Origin: an uncultured bacterium
Lineage (GTDB): Bacteria > Zhuqueibacterota > QNDG01 > DTFT01
NCBI GenBank assembly: GCA_963736115.1
Contig: CAVTNR010000027.1
Location: 96,001 to 160,000 of the forward strand
Direction: 5' to 3'
Length of the DNA: 64,000 nt
Shown: one piece after another, positions 1-11,665 of the stretch
Layout: every line of letters starts with the position of its first letter
Position numbering within the stretch: the first letter of the stretch is position 1
The notes under the pieces: model-generated
The model's input: only the letters and a program-made list of their open reading frames with translations
What the model was told of the DNA's origin: nothing
The model's database searches: none
Program-made: the position numbers and the translations under genes

Positions 1-529
1 GAAGACCTACGGTTAGAACATAGAAGTTGCTTTTCAAACTGCCGGATCCCGGAATGTCCTCGAAATCATAATCCAGGAAGACGTAACGGATATCACCGGT
101 CAATAGGAACCTTGTTTCGACGGGCAATTCCACCCCGCCCCCAAAATGATATCCGACCTTCTGCGTCGTCTCGTCTTTGAAAAGCGGCAATTTTGTCTTA
201 TTATAATCGTACGTCACACTGTACCAGCCGGCGCCGACTGCACCATAAAGCATGGGCACCGGATAAACGAGGCCGGTTATCATGACAGGCCAGCTTCGAA
301 CCGTCAAGAGATCGTCCGCGTATTTTTCCTGCCGATAGTTAATGGAAGCTTCAACGCCGAAGATCGGTTTTACCTTCAGCCTCCATGCCACACCGCCCAT
401 CAATGATCCTTTGTCGGCTTCCTGGGCTTTATAATAGCCGATCTGCGGCCCCAGACTGAAGCTCTGTGCATTCCCACGGGGAACCATCAGAAAAGTCAAA
501 GCTAAGATAAACAGCAGTTTCTTGCTCAT
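1..529 (-). CDS. Outer-membrane beta-barrel protein (3' end cut by window edge); paralog of 1179..1721
   Basis: Not in ORF track. Manual translation from ATG 529 gives MSKKLLFILALTFLMVPRGNAQSFSLGPQIGYYKAQEADKGSLMGGVAWRLKV...KSNFYVLTVGL, colinear with 1179..1721. GGAGG RBS upstream. Confidence 0.85.
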   Translation of the reverse strand, partial: MSKKLLFILALTFLMVPRGNAQSFSLGPQIGYYKAQEADKGSLMGGVAWRLKVKPIFGVEASINYRQEKYADDLLTVRSWPVMITGLVYPVPMLYGAVGAGWYSVTYDYNKTKLPLFKDETTQKVGYHFGGGVELPVETRFLLTGDIRYVFLDYDFEDIPGSGSLKSNFYVLTVGL

Positions 530-680
530 CACACAGCCTCCTTCGATTGGATAGATGATTTTTTTTGATGGATCTTTCTCAATAGTTGAATTTAATTTAA
601 ATCGGTTCCCGATCTCATTTTCTCGTCCCGACTCATGGCTGGATCTGTTCTTGAGATTCTCATTAGGATTTTGAGATCTA

Positions 681-899
681 CTACTTTTTACGCCCCGCAA
701 TAACCATCACAATACCGCCGGTGATCGCCAATCCGCCGAAAAGAGGCGATAGTGGAACCGTCTTCCGGGTCTCGGCTGAGGCCTGGATCGGGCCGATGTC
801 GATTATTTTCTCACGTGAGGTGTATGTGATGCCCTGATAAATGAAAACCATCGCGCCAAGCACGATAAGAACGATTCCGATGAACTGGATGGGTTTCAT
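681..899 (-). CDS. Small two-TM membrane protein (DUF3185-like)
   Basis: 72 aa with two hydrophobic segments and an IIDIGP...PLSP pattern; RBS (AGGAG) upstream. Confidence 0.7.
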   Translation of the reverse strand: MKPIQFIGIVLIVLGAMVFIYQGITYTSREKIIDIGPIQASAETRKTVPLSPLFGGLAITGGIVMVIAGRKK

Positions 900-932
900 G
901 CGTTTGATCTCCTATTTCAGTTTTGCATGCCG

Positions 933-1082
933 CTATGCCGATTTGCGGCTTTTAACGACTTTGAACAGCAACACGATGATTGCGGCCACGAGAAGGACAT
1001 GGATGAGTCCGCCTACTAAATGTCCGCTGAAAATGGCAATCAGCCATGACAACAGAAGAATTGTAATAAGAACCCAGAACAT
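933..1082 (-). CDS. lmo0937-family small membrane protein (49 aa)
   Basis: Manual translation MFWVLITILLLSWLIAIFSGHLVGGLIHVLLVAAIIVLLFKVVKSRKSA; GGxIHVLLV signature; below the ORF-track length cutoff. Confidence 0.8.
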   Translation of the reverse strand: MFWVLITILLLSWLIAIFSGHLVGGLIHVLLVAAIIVLLFKVVKSRKSA

Positions 1083-1178
1083 ATTTATCTCCCTTTCCTC
1101 GAAACTGTCTTCTCATGCCTGCGTTTTTCCAGGCACACAGCCGAACGGACTATCTGGTCCGTCCGGCTGTGTGGTTTA

Positions 1179-1721
1179 TTATAAACCGAACAGCAGCCCG
1201 ACGGTCATAACGGTAAAATTGCTTTTCATGTCGCTGCCGCCCGGGATTTTTTCAAAATCATAATTCAGAAATACATAGCGGATATCACCGGTCAATTTGA
1301 TTTTGGGACCGACCGGAAGTTCCAATCCTCCGCCAAAATGCCAGCCGACTTCCTGAGAGGTCTCGTCTTTCAGGAGCGGCATCTTCTTCTGGTCATAATC
1401 TGAAGTCACACTGTACCACCCGGCGCCAATGGCTCCGTACACGACAGGCAGGGGATATATTAAACCCGTCACCATCACCGGCCAGCTTCGGACCGTTAAA
1501 GCGCCATCCGCATATTTTTCCTGACGATATTGAATGGATGCCTCAACGCCGATTACCGGCAACAATTTCATCCGCCAGGCTACTCCTCCCATAAAGGAAC
1601 CCTTGTCCGCATCTTTGGTCTTAAAATATCCGATCTGTGGTCCGATTCCGATGCTCTGCGCTGTAACCTGGGCCGCCATCAGAAGGGATAGTCCCGTCAG
1701 CAAAATAATTTTCTTCCGCAT
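1179..1721 (-). CDS. Outer-membrane beta-barrel protein (8-stranded, OmpA-like TM domain)
   Basis: Signal peptide, alternating amphipathic beta strands, GWHFGGGLE motif. Confidence 0.8.
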   Translation of the reverse strand: MRKKIILLTGLSLLMAAQVTAQSIGIGPQIGYFKTKDADKGSFMGGVAWRMKLLPVIGVEASIQYRQEKYADGALTVRSWPVMVTGLIYPLPVVYGAIGAGWYSVTSDYDQKKMPLLKDETSQEVGWHFGGGLELPVGPKIKLTGDIRYVFLNYDFEKIPGGSDMKSNFTVMTVGLLFGL

Positions 1722-2031
1722 GGGATGAACTCCTTTGTAAAAGGTTAAAATGATTGTTATCTTTAAAATGAATGGTGATATTTGTGATGGTTCTCATCCC
1801 TTGGCATGAACACCGAATGACATCTGTTTTTTGAAATCGTCTTATCATGTCTTCCAAAACATCAGTTTTTATTTCTTCTTTGGTTCTTCCGAGTCTTTTC
1901 TGCAATCTTCCCAACACTTCTTCTTCCTTCTGGACACGGAATATCGATGAATCCAGACTCCGGTTGGAAAACTTGTTTTTTAAATTTCCCGCCGCCTCCA
2001 TCCAGTTCCCATTCACATCAAGATTGTTCAT
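1621..2031 (-). CDS. csbD: CsbD/YjbJ-like general stress protein, degenerate with C-terminal read-through
   Basis: N-terminal ~60 aa GNWMEAAGNLKNKF...EEEVLGRLQKRLGRTKEEI matches the CsbD pattern. The tail overlaps the next gene by ~100 nt, suggesting a lost stop codon. Confidence 0.55.
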   Translation of the reverse strand: MNNLDVNGNWMEAAGNLKNKFSNRSLDSSIFRVQKEEEVLGRLQKRLGRTKEEIKTDVLEDMIRRFQKTDVIRCSCQGMRTITNITIHFKDNNHFNLLQRSSSHAEENYFADGTIPSDGGPGYSAEHRNRTTDRIF

Positions 2032-2094
2032 ATTGAACCTCAAGGCTTTTCCGATGAAAGCGGATAGCGTCCGCTCTTTGCGTTATTCAGTTAT

Positions 2095-2167
2095 AACATC
2101 ATAATCATATCCGACGTTAAAAACAATCGCCCGGAAGGATGAAAAAGTGATTAGTTCTTTTGGACTA
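2095..2167 (-). promoter_or_regulatory. Island promoter 1: paired 16-bp palindromic boxes plus TTGTTT-17-TATGAT
   Basis: Boxes TCGCCCGGAAGGATGA (2127-2142) and TAGTTCTTTTGGACTA (2152-2167), 25 bp apart; -35/-10 on the minus strand upstream of the csbD cluster. Confidence 0.7.
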
Positions 2168-2236
2168 CCGGAACTGACTGAGTGTCCGACGCCAGCTTCT
2201 GTCTCCATAAACAAGAAATCACATCGTGTCGATTTT

Positions 2237-4117
2237 TTAAAACGGCTGCCCAATGCTCACCGAAAATCCGGTTTTCCCCCTGGTAGGACCATTGAGACGA
2301 ATGCCGAAATCCGTGCTCAGCAATCCTATCGGTGTGCGTAACCGTATGCCGGGCCCTGCCGTCCAACGAAGGTCGTTCGCGGTAAATTCCGAACCAGATG
2401 TCCACACATAACCGGCATCGGCAAATCCGGCCACTTTCAACCACTTCGCCGCCAGGAATCGAAGTTCCAGAACATTCAATAAAACCGCAAACCGTCCACC
2501 GACCTCATCACCGACTCCTCCCGGTGCGTATCCTCGAACCGGCCTGATGCTTTCACTTCCGGCATAAAACAGCTCTTGTGGGGGAACCACGGCCTTATCC
2601 GCGCCGTAACCGTTGACATAACCGACTGCCACTGCGGTCGCAGCATGAAGATGACGCACGACTGGAAAATATACCCGCACATCCACCATCAATTTATAAA
2701 AGTGATTGGTCCCGGTTCCGATTAGTCCGGCCAATTCCGCGTCGGAGGTCACCAGCAGCCCTTTGACCGGATCGAATAGATTGTCCCGTAAATCAACTGT
2801 AAAGCCGGCGCCGAAACTCTGGGTATTGTTATGATGGGCCATCCGTGACAGTCCGGATAGCTGAGGCTTAACAGTCAATCCATTGACCCATTCAAATGAG
2901 GTAAACATTCGGTATCCGAAGTTCCATTTTGTTTTTCCGAAAAGCGAAAGTGTCAATCCCTTCAGATCCCCGGTAAAGGTGACTTCATCGTGGTGTTCGC
3001 CGTACGCTTCCGCCTCAGCCGTCGGCGCAAGCATGAAGAACCATGGTGCCGTATAGTGCAGATGCAGACTCTTGATAAGCCGGTTGTACTTTCCGTAAAG
3101 ACCGATCGTCCTGCCCAACCCCAGCACATTGCCGTAAGATGTCTGCATCGATAATCGAACTCCTTCGTAAGTTCCATAGCCGATTCCACCCTGTATCCTG
3201 TAAAAATCCGCTTCCTCAATATGAATATTCACCGGGAGTGAAACCGGACCGCTACTTCGGTGCAACTTCTGCGAATCCGCGGCAGTCGCTGTAATCTTCA
3301 CATATTTAAACATGCCTGTTTCCAACATCCGGCGCTCGGATCGTTGTATGTGTCCTGTGGTTAAGGTGTCCCCACGGTGAAAGGTCATCCCCCGTTTGAC
3401 AATGACCGTACGCAGTCGTTTTGAGCCGCTTACCTTCAGTGTACCGGCCTTTGCCAGCGGCCCCTGATCGATCAAAAATGTGACGGTTGCCTTATGCGCA
3501 ACCGAATCCACCCGGTCGTTTCTTTCGACGGAAGACAACGGGTAACCGCCGGCCGCCATGCCGTCAAGGATGCGCTGCTGATCAACTGAAAGCCTCAATA
3601 TTGAATACGGCGTAAGCGGTTTCACTTGAATAAAACGCTTGATTTCCATTTCCCCGAATGTGCCGGATCCCTCTATTTTCACTGAATCGATGAGAGTTTG
3701 CGATCCTTCACTGATCTCAATGCTGACCGTCATGCGGCGTGATGACGGGTCTCTCATAAGTTTACCCGCCCTCACCTGAATGCCGAGAAATCCCCGGTCG
3801 CGATACAAATAATCGATGGCATCGATATCCGCGTTCAACAGGGATCGTGAAAACTTCACCTTTCGAAAGAGACGGCTCGGCCTGGTATCCATCCCGCCGA
3901 GTAGATCCGAAGAAGATATCGAAGTATTGCCGGTGAAATGGACCGCTTTGACGAGCCATGGCCCCTGACTGCGGCGATTTTCCGCGGCGGAAACGCAGAT
4001 CAACGCGCCAAAGATCAAGACAATTCCCGTCATCCACCGCAGTACTGCGGATGACCGGTCGTGACGGGACCGTCTTAGATCCGTCTTAACGATTCTCATG
4101 TCTGTGTCCGTTCGCAT
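2237..4117 (-). CDS. tamA: Omp85/BamA-TamA family protein (POTRA domains + beta barrel)
   Basis: POTRA-like repeats, VRGY motif, TPIG motif and terminal F; adjacent to tamB. Confidence 0.85.
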   Translation of the reverse strand: MRTDTDMRIVKTDLRRSRHDRSSAVLRWMTGIVLIFGALICVSAAENRRSQGPWLVKAVHFTGNTSISSSDLLGGMDTRPSRLFRKVKFSRSLLNADIDAIDYLYRDRGFLGIQVRAGKLMRDPSSRRMTVSIEISEGSQTLIDSVKIEGSGTFGEMEIKRFIQVKPLTPYSILRLSVDQQRILDGMAAGGYPLSSVERNDRVDSVAHKATVTFLIDQGPLAKAGTLKVSGSKRLRTVIVKRGMTFHRGDTLTTGHIQRSERRMLETGMFKYVKITATAADSQKLHRSSGPVSLPVNIHIEEADFYRIQGGIGYGTYEGVRLSMQTSYGNVLGLGRTIGLYGKYNRLIKSLHLHYTAPWFFMLAPTAEAEAYGEHHDEVTFTGDLKGLTLSLFGKTKWNFGYRMFTSFEWVNGLTVKPQLSGLSRMAHHNNTQSFGAGFTVDLRDNLFDPVKGLLVTSDAELAGLIGTGTNHFYKLMVDVRVYFPVVRHLHAATAVAVGYVNGYGADKAVVPPQELFYAGSESIRPVRGYAPGGVGDEVGGRFAVLLNVLELRFLAAKWLKVAGFADAGYVWTSGSEFTANDLRWTAGPGIRLRTPIGLLSTDFGIRLNGPTRGKTGFSVSIGQPF

Positions 4118-4130
4118 TCCCTCACCCGAA

Positions 4131-7100
4131 TCAATGACTATATCGAAACTTCAGATCCATCCCCCCCAGGGCCTGCTGGTCGGTCTCTGCTTCGAAGTAC
4201 AGGAACGGCAGAAGCCGGTAGGACACCAGCATCGTCTGTTGGCTGAGGGTGGATAAACCCGTTCGATAGGTTATAATGACACGGGACGATACCTGCTTGG
4301 TAACCGCAAGCTGGACCTCATCGGAAGCGGGGTCGAAAATATTTCCGTAGATGCCAACGCTTTCCACGTTCAGAAACCGGGCCAATTTACGAGACCCGAA
4401 TCCGGAAAGCTGCTGGCTTACCAGGGACCCTGTCCGTGGACCCAGGTCGGTTCCCGACCCCATCTGGATCGTGCCGAATGTCATTAAAGAGATGATTTGC
4501 TGCTGCGGCAGCGAGGGGACAGCGGACAATGTGACCATCGGATTGGACAGATCTCCCTTGATGAGGAGTGTGATTTCGTAATCCTCCTGTCCTCCCTGAG
4601 GCGGACTCCATGAAACGGCCGATACGGCCGTCACATCGAGAGTTGGATTGATTCTCTGAGGATCGTACTGCCTGATCGTTCCCTGGGTGATGGTGAATTT
4701 TCTGTCAAGATAATAGACAAAACCATTCAAAACCTGTAACTGTCCGGCTATCGATGGTCTGTCCGGTTTGCCTGTGATGGTGACGGTTCCGTCGAGCAGC
4801 ATGTTGCCCAGATTCGAGTCAAGGGTCAGATTGCTGTTCAGATTCACGGCAATTCGCATGACGGATTTTTTAAAAAGTGGATTTGAAGGACGGAGGCTTT
4901 GCGGCGCTTTTCGATTAATCCATTCACTGATGTCGATAATCGAAAAATCCTGCGTCAATCGCGTATTTGCCAGCAGCACATTCATTTTCAGGGTGATCAG
5001 GGAATCCATCGTCAGATGAATATCACCGGTCTGGATGCCGAGATCCAGATTGTCGGTGCACCCGCCGAGACGAACATCCCTGAGTTGAATGTCACTTTGG
5101 GCGTGAGAGACACCCTTGGCATCAAGCACCGCCCTGCCGGTGCCCGTGACATGCCCGCCGCCCCAGTCGGCGCGAAGCCGGCGGAGAAGGATCACACTGT
5201 TTTGAAAATCAACATCCATGGACAAATGATCGAGCGGCCGATCACATTCATAAAGGCTGCATTCTCCATTTTGAAGCAAAAGCGTACCATTCGCCTGACG
5301 AATGCCATCGACCGTCTTAATATCTACACTCCCTGATATCAACCCTTTCTGAATGGTCACAGGATCAGGCATCAGCGGCTGAACAATGCTGAACGGCATG
5401 GCTGTCAATGTTGCGGTGAGTCGGCTGTTTGGTTCGATTGAAAAACCTTTTTTTCTGGTAAACGGTACCATGGCTTTTATGTCGGCCACGCCTCCGTGGG
5501 CGAGTAAATGCAACGAATCCAGAATCAACACATCGTTGACAATCGATCCGCTTCCTGAATAGGAGTTGATCAGATCTCCCTTGTATCGGATGGAATCGCC
5601 GTTCAGGTTAAAACGAGCGACAGGTTGAATCAGCGGTCCGTCGACTTGCAGGTCAAGAACCGCCCGCCCGACTTTCATTCGATTCCTCTTTACCGTCAGG
5701 CTGTGATTGATGATCGTCGACCCGCACGCTCCCGCCCATTCGCCATTGGTTTTGATGAACCTGCCGTGAAGGCTGATGATTCCAAGCGATTGTACCGAAG
5801 GAGCGAATAGCTTGACCATCACCCCATAAGAAACCGAATCACCGCTTATTGTGATGACCGATCCGTCTCTCAATGCCTCAACGCCGCTTGAAAGTGCCTG
5901 CCATGAAACAGGCAAATGGGCGGTGATCCGGAGCGGTTTTACGGATCCTTGTTGACCGGCATTCAGCGTCATGGTCGCAATGCTGTCGGCAAACGCCATC
6001 TCGCCTTTCGAAGTAAGGACGAGGCCGTTTGAAACCGGGTGATCAAATAAAAAATCCAGATGCAGTTTTGGATTCTCGGATTCTCCTGATAGTGCGCCAT
6101 GCACGTTCAGAGATCCCTGAAATCTCTTTGCCTGTGGAAACCAGGGCGTGAAGACCATGGGATCCAGGTCCGCTGCGGTTCCCGTGGCTTCTACCGAATG
6201 TGGAATGAACCGAGCTTCCCCGAGATCGAGCCTGCTGATTGATTGTCGAGACTTAATTTACTGTCGGTATTTACCGATACAATGCGATTGGCCCAGGAAG
6301 CTTTACCGTCACTCGAAATTTCGGATTTCCCGCGTTTGATCGTAAGCGACTGCCAGCGCACGCTCTGATTCACATACCGGAAGTGTGTATAAATCGTATC
6401 GGCCCGGTATCGGCCGTAGGAGCATGGGCCCGTCTGAATATCGCCGGCGATTATAAGGGAATCGAAACGCCCGCTGACACCCGCCTTGGCCCAAACCTTG
6501 CCACTGAATTCGCCCGGTATCCTTCCCTGCAGAGCTTTTGTGATCGATCCGTTTGCAGATATGGAGGATGTGTCGATAAACAGAACCCTGTTTCTCAGCG
6601 CAAACCGACCCCATAGTCTAGTAATCTGAATATCACGCCAGAACAAGCTGCCGCTTTGTATGGTGGCTGAAATCGCGGGATTGCGCAAGGTTCCGCTCAT
6701 TCGGGCATCAGCGATTATCGAACCTCGGACAGTTTCGTTTGATAAAATTCTCACGATTCGATCGATTGAATCCGCCTGAACATGGAATGAACCGTCAATC
6801 GCTCCACGATTGGTAACCCAGCCCTTTCCCTTCGCTTCGTAATCCGGTTCCATTTTCGCAATCAGGTTCCACTTATTTTGAGCCATCCGTAACATCAGTT
6901 TTCCCTGTTTTGCCTCAGTCGTGTTCGTCAACCTTCGGATATCCGCCGACAGAGTGTCCGGAAGTTGCCGAAGTCCTGATCCGGCAGCGTATAAAACGAC
7001 ATCGGCGAGGAACGCGGGGCGATAGTTTCTCATCATCGAAGGCGATATGAATTGCTGCAGATTCACCTTCTCCGCCGACGCCGTGAGGGTGTACGTTCCG

Positions 7101-8257
7101 ACAGCCGGCGACGAAAACAAATGTTCGACTTTCACTCGGGCTGAAGCATCGACAGTCCCAATCGGTGACCATAAACGCGCTTGTCCTCGAAGGAGGCTAT
7201 TGGAATAACGTGCCTTCATTAAGATGGAATCCGTTTTCACAAGCCCTGACTGCAACCCATACCCTGTCAATGTCAGATCCAGGACAGGCCGCTGAAATGT
7301 CCCGTTCATGACACCCTTTGCTTTTATTGTACCGACTGGCTTCAATGACGGAACATTTGTATATAACTGAGCGAAACCTGCCGTGAAGACTTCAACATTT
7401 ACGGTCAGGTTCCATGTCTTATCGGTTGAAAAAGGGATCGTTCCATTCAACAGAAGCTGAATTGAATCGCCCCGTACCTCGGCTTTGCTGAATTGCAAAG
7501 ATGTCGGTCCGACGTTTCCGTGAACATCGATCGTGTTCACACCTCCTCTCCACACGGGGGAGGATATTTTCCCGGTGCCGGTTATTATGATAAATGAAAG
7601 TGAATCCGACTGAATCCATTTCAATCGGGCCGAGAGGATAGTCCCTGCAGCTATTATTTTTATTGCACTGTCGGCAAAGGATACCGCGCATCGTTCTAAT
7701 TCGATCGTTCGGACCAGCGGCCTGGCTGGGCCAGTCATTTTCTTCCGGTTTTCATTTGTCGTCCTCATCATCCCGCCGATATCAATCGGTCCCAAAAATA
7801 AGCCCTGATTCTTTTTATGGAGTTCTCCGGTGAAACCCTCAATTTTTATTGAACGCAGCTCAAAATGTCCATTCAAAAAAGAAATCAGATTGACTTTTGC
7901 CGCAATCCGTTCCACCTGAATCAGTTCACTCCTGATGTCAGGATCGGATAATACAGTTTTTTTTAAAACAATTCCGTTCCAGATATCGAACGTAATCGCT
8001 CCGATGTCGGCATTGCAGGCTAGACTCGATGATATTCTGCGGTTAAAAAAGGACAGCAGTTCCCCTTTAAAAGGCGGGATGGCAGGCAGGATTGATAAAA
8101 CAACAATCAAACCGATCAGCAGGAGTCCAATTCTGCAGGCAATGTGGCTGAATCGCCTGCTTCGCGGCTTTCGGCGCGGTCGCGGCGGAAGACCTTCCGG
8201 CTTCTGTTGCTCAACAGGATCTCGTTTGACGGAAATTTTTCTTCTCCCTCTTATCAT
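4131..8257 (-). CDS. tamB: TamB/AsmA-like protein, split by a single-base frameshift near 6218-6221
   Basis: ORF 6191..8257 has an N-terminal TM and AsmA-like beta repeats; ORF 4131..6158 has a DUF490-like C-terminus. One extra G in the GGGG run joins the frames (SISG-EARFIPHSVEATGTAADLDPMVF). Confidence 0.8.
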
Positions 8258-8332
8258 CCTCCTTATCAGCCGCCTCTCCGCAGTGCGCTATTTCGTAGTC
8301 GAGAGACTCGTATTCAATCTGAAGTCCCTCAT

Positions 8333-8530
8333 TTATTTATTTCCCTTGTATGGTTCCTGCTTCGGGATCTTCAGTTTCAATTCACGCAGAACTCTGTCCG
8401 TCACGGTCGACCCGAAAGAAGGATGGTTTAAAGCCGTTATATTATAGAGGGCAATCGCCACTCCGGACAGCGTTTCCTGCCATCCGAGGAACACTGCATC
8501 CGAAACCGATTTTATCTTGTGTTTCAACAT
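8333..8530 (-). CDS. Small hypothetical protein (65 aa)
   Basis: Co-oriented with the island; plausible globular sequence (FLGWQET...LYNIT...HPSFGSTV). Confidence 0.5.
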   Translation of the reverse strand: MLKHKIKSVSDAVFLGWQETLSGVAIALYNITALNHPSFGSTVTDRVLRELKLKIPKQEPYKGNK

Positions 8531-8622
8531 GGTTCAATCTCATTGTGTATTTTTGATGTCCATTTCCGGTATCTCGAATTTCGGTATACAATTCCGAATC
8601 ATCGGTTGGCTGATTCCTCCAT

Positions 8623-8662
8623 AAAAACGGGGGCAGGAGTACAATTTTGCTCCGTGCCCCCG
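8623..8662 (-). terminator. Intrinsic terminator
   Basis: GC stem CGGGGGCA...TGCCCCCG followed by T5 on the minus strand, downstream of 8764..9405. Confidence 0.6.
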
Positions 8663-8763
8663 CCATGTTCTTCATCGGACCTCGTCACCCTGATTCTTTT
8701 ACTCGGCCTATGGATTGAATGACAATGAAGGGAATCAGACCAAAAGCGTCATCCCGCTCTCAC

Positions 8764-9405
8764 TCATCTGATGTAATAGGAGATTCCAGCCCCTGCATAA
8801 TGGAATGAGTCATCGTTCAGCGCGACACCAAACTCGGCGACGAAATCGATTGTATCGGAAATCCGGTATTCGATTCCCGGCACGAGGTGCAATGTCGTGA
8901 ACGAATCGTCGACGCCCGACGGAACATCCTTGATCTTCTCGAACGATACATCCAGTGCGCCGCACAGTTCCAGCTTATCGCCTATGAGGCTGCTCAACTG
9001 CGGGATTATTTCGAATCCCATCAAGTCATAACCATTATCTTTACCAGCCAACCAGTTCAAGCCTCCGGTTAAAGAGAAATCCATACTTGAACTCTGTTCA
9101 GTGCCTCTGAGTATCCAGTATTCTCCATCCACGCCGATCAATGTTCCATTATTCAGGAAGCCCACCTTCGCTTCGACATCGAAATGTGGGGTGAATGCAT
9201 AACCCCCGCGAAGCCCCACTCCGAGCTCATTGTCCGCTCCGTTTTTACCGAACACCATGATCGGGGCCGCCATCAGCTTATATGTTCCCTGATTCATCGT
9301 CTCGGCTGACTGAAGCACACCGATGGTCTGAGCCGATACCGATCTCGAGAAACACAGCCCGATCGCGACGGTAAAAAGGATCCGCCCGATTTGAGAGATT
9401 CTCAT
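8764..9405 (-). CDS. Outer-membrane beta-barrel protein
   Basis: Signal peptide, amphipathic strands, aromatic C-terminal strand (AGISYYIR). Confidence 0.75.
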   Translation of the reverse strand: MRISQIGRILFTVAIGLCFSRSVSAQTIGVLQSAETMNQGTYKLMAAPIMVFGKNGADNELGVGLRGGYAFTPHFDVEAKVGFLNNGTLIGVDGEYWILRGTEQSSSMDFSLTGGLNWLAGKDNGYDLMGFEIIPQLSSLIGDKLELCGALDVSFEKIKDVPSGVDDSFTTLHLVPGIEYRISDTIDFVAEFGVALNDDSFHYAGAGISYYIR

Positions 9406-9460
9406 GTCCTGTCCTCCTGAAATGAATGATTGAACGGTTTCTTAAATACTTGCAGAATTA

Positions 9461-9529
9461 AAGTATACATGTTCCGCGCCATAATCAATCGCCCAAAGGG
9501 ATGAAAAAGGATCCGGTTCTTTTGGACTA
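9461..9529 (-). promoter_or_regulatory. Island promoter 2: paired boxes abutting TTGATT
   Basis: TCGCCCAAAGGGATGA (9489-9504) and CGGTTCTTTTGGACTA (9514-9529), 25 bp apart; TATACT/TACTTT -10 candidates downstream. Confidence 0.7.
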
Positions 9530-9610
9530 TGACCCGTTACTACAAATCCGATCGCGGCACGGCCGTCTTTTCTTATATTCCAAACAGCCTTGCCCGATGA
9601 CTGATTTTTG

Positions 9611-10414
9611 CTAATTTTTATAATACGTCAACGCTTCTTTCATTTCTGATTTTATCTTCCGAATGCGGCTCTCATCGGAAGGATGCGTACTCAGGAACTC
9701 AAGGGATTGATTATTGGAACTTTGCGACATACGTTGCCAGAAATCGATTGCTCCGTTTGGATCGTAACCTGCCATAGCCATGAAAATCAGTCCGAGATGA
9801 TCGGCCTCACCCTCCTGCATCCGGCTGTAGGGCAGCATGGCTCCGATCTGGACTCCCGCGCCGAAAAGGGACATCCAAATGTCCTGCGTCTGTTTGGGTT
9901 TCTGCTGGAGCGCGGCAGCAAGGGTTTGGCCGCCCAACTCGGCAATCAGCGCCTGACTCATCCGCTCATTGCTGTGCTTGGCTACGGCATGGGCGATCTC
10001 GTGGCCCATCACAACCGCCAGCCCATTTTCAGTGCGTGTTATGGGAAGAATTCCGGAATACACGACGACTTTTCCTCCCGGCATGCACCAGGCGTTGACT
10101 TCCTCGTTCTCGATGAGGTTGAATTCCCACGCGAATCCGTTCAGATCGTGCGACAGATTTTTCCTGGCGAAATAATCCGCCACTGCGTTCTGGATTTTCC
10201 TTCCGACTCCCTTGACCAGATTGGTCTGAGCCGTGTTGTTACTCAATCGGTTCTCCTTCAGGAACTGGTCGTACTGGAGAAAGCTTGTGGAAAGCATGTC
10301 GGTGTCCGAAACCAGGGAAAGCTGACGTCTTCCGGTGAGCGGAACGAGACTGCAGGCCGCCAGCAAAAGCGCAGCCGCCATTATGTAAAAGGATCTTGTT
10401 TTGATCTTTTCCAT
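9611..10414 (-). CDS. M48 family zinc metallopeptidase lipoprotein
   Basis: Lipobox LAAC, NAWCMPGG, HEIAH, E-x-EAD and STHP motifs. Confidence 0.92.
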   Translation of the reverse strand: MEKIKTRSFYIMAAALLLAACSLVPLTGRRQLSLVSDTDMLSTSFLQYDQFLKENRLSNNTAQTNLVKGVGRKIQNAVADYFARKNLSHDLNGFAWEFNLIENEEVNAWCMPGGKVVVYSGILPITRTENGLAVVMGHEIAHAVAKHSNERMSQALIAELGGQTLAAALQQKPKQTQDIWMSLFGAGVQIGAMLPYSRMQEGEADHLGLIFMAMAGYDPNGAIDFWQRMSQSSNNQSLEFLSTHPSDESRIRKIKSEMKEALTYYKN

Positions 10415-10456
10415 AATTCACATCCTTTCATGTATTTGTTTATAAAGAGTTCATTC

Positions 10457-11665
10457 CTATATTGAAAAACCCACTTGTGCGTTCAACAATATTCTTGATT
10501 TTTTATGAATGGGGAAAAATGGCGTCATTTCGAGACCGGCGTTGGCTTTCATGCCGAATGGTATCCCGAATCCCCGGATGAGCTCAACGACATCGAGTAA
10601 AATCGATACGGCAAAACCGCCCTGCCCCACGCCCACATCAATCGGTGAATTCACTCCGAATGTGCCAAACCCCAGATTGACGGGGAATCGATGTCCGGAC
10701 GTTGCATTGACATAATAAAAACGGATCATTGCGCTGGACTTGCCGTATTGTATGGTATCCCTCGCCTGTGTGTCATATAAAACCTTTGGGATGGCGAGCG
10801 CGAACCGCGTGACTATTTTAGGTCCTTTGACTCGGAAATAACGCGTAAATGAGTTTAGCCTGTCGTAGGCGCCAATTTTAATGGTATAATCGGGTTTGAC
10901 ATGAACCTTGACGATTGTCCAGCTCGGAAGTGAATCGAGCTGTAAATGGACCTCCTCCAGCTCCTCCGGCAGGATCGCCGCGTAACCGCCGTACGCGGTG
11001 CGGTACTGCGCGAACATGACGCGATCACGATTGGGATCGCCGCAGCTACGAAACGTCAGAACTCGCCGTTCGAACGTATACAATACTTTTTCTTCACGCG
11101 ACATCACCGTCGTCTGAATGGTGACGAATTGCGGCCCCATATTCTGCCGTATCGCGTTCCGATCAAAGATCACTCGAAGCTTTCGTATTCTTTCGCGGTC
11201 GAGAGTGACGGCTGTCCGCGCGCGGTCACTGCCGCTGTCCGGACCCATGCGTACAAATTCTTCGACCTGTTCCACGCCCTGAATCTCTTCGACATTCACG
11301 AAACTGTTTGTTTTATAGAAGAAAAACTGGCCGATTGAATCGACGACCTGCACGAAAACCCTGTATGATTCAGGCGTCACGGATGGAGGGATCACAGCCG
11401 TGTACATATTGTCTCCAACAGGCTTGAACTTCATTCCTTCCATGGTCAGCATGGGAATCACTTTCACGGACGACGTGCTGTCAATGAGTCGAATGGTCAT
11501 CCGAATGGTATCCCCGAAAAAGTACACCCGTTGATCGACTGAGACATCGACACTGACATCCTCAAGGGATGGCCAGATTACCCTTGAAGAATTGGATTGG
11601 GACAATAGAGACTTCACCCCGATCAGGATCAGAACAAACATCAGTTTTATTAATGATTTCGACAT
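10457..11665 (-). CDS. Hypothetical exported protein with C-terminal beta-barrel-like strands
   Basis: Long ORF; signal peptide after ATG 11665; ends in VGFSI. Confidence 0.65.
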   Translation of the reverse strand: MSKSLIKLMFVLILIGVKSLLSQSNSSRVIWPSLEDVSVDVSVDQRVYFFGDTIRMTIRLIDSTSSVKVIPMLTMEGMKFKPVGDNMYTAVIPPSVTPESYRVFVQVVDSIGQFFFYKTNSFVNVEEIQGVEQVEEFVRMGPDSGSDRARTAVTLDRERIRKLRVIFDRNAIRQNMGPQFVTIQTTVMSREEKVLYTFERRVLTFRSCGDPNRDRVMFAQYRTAYGGYAAILPEELEEVHLQLDSLPSWTIVKVHVKPDYTIKIGAYDRLNSFTRYFRVKGPKIVTRFALAIPKVLYDTQARDTIQYGKSSAMIRFYYVNATSGHRFPVNLGFGTFGVNSPIDVGVGQGGFAVSILLDVVELIRGFGIPFGMKANAGLEMTPFFPIHKKSRILLNAQVGFSI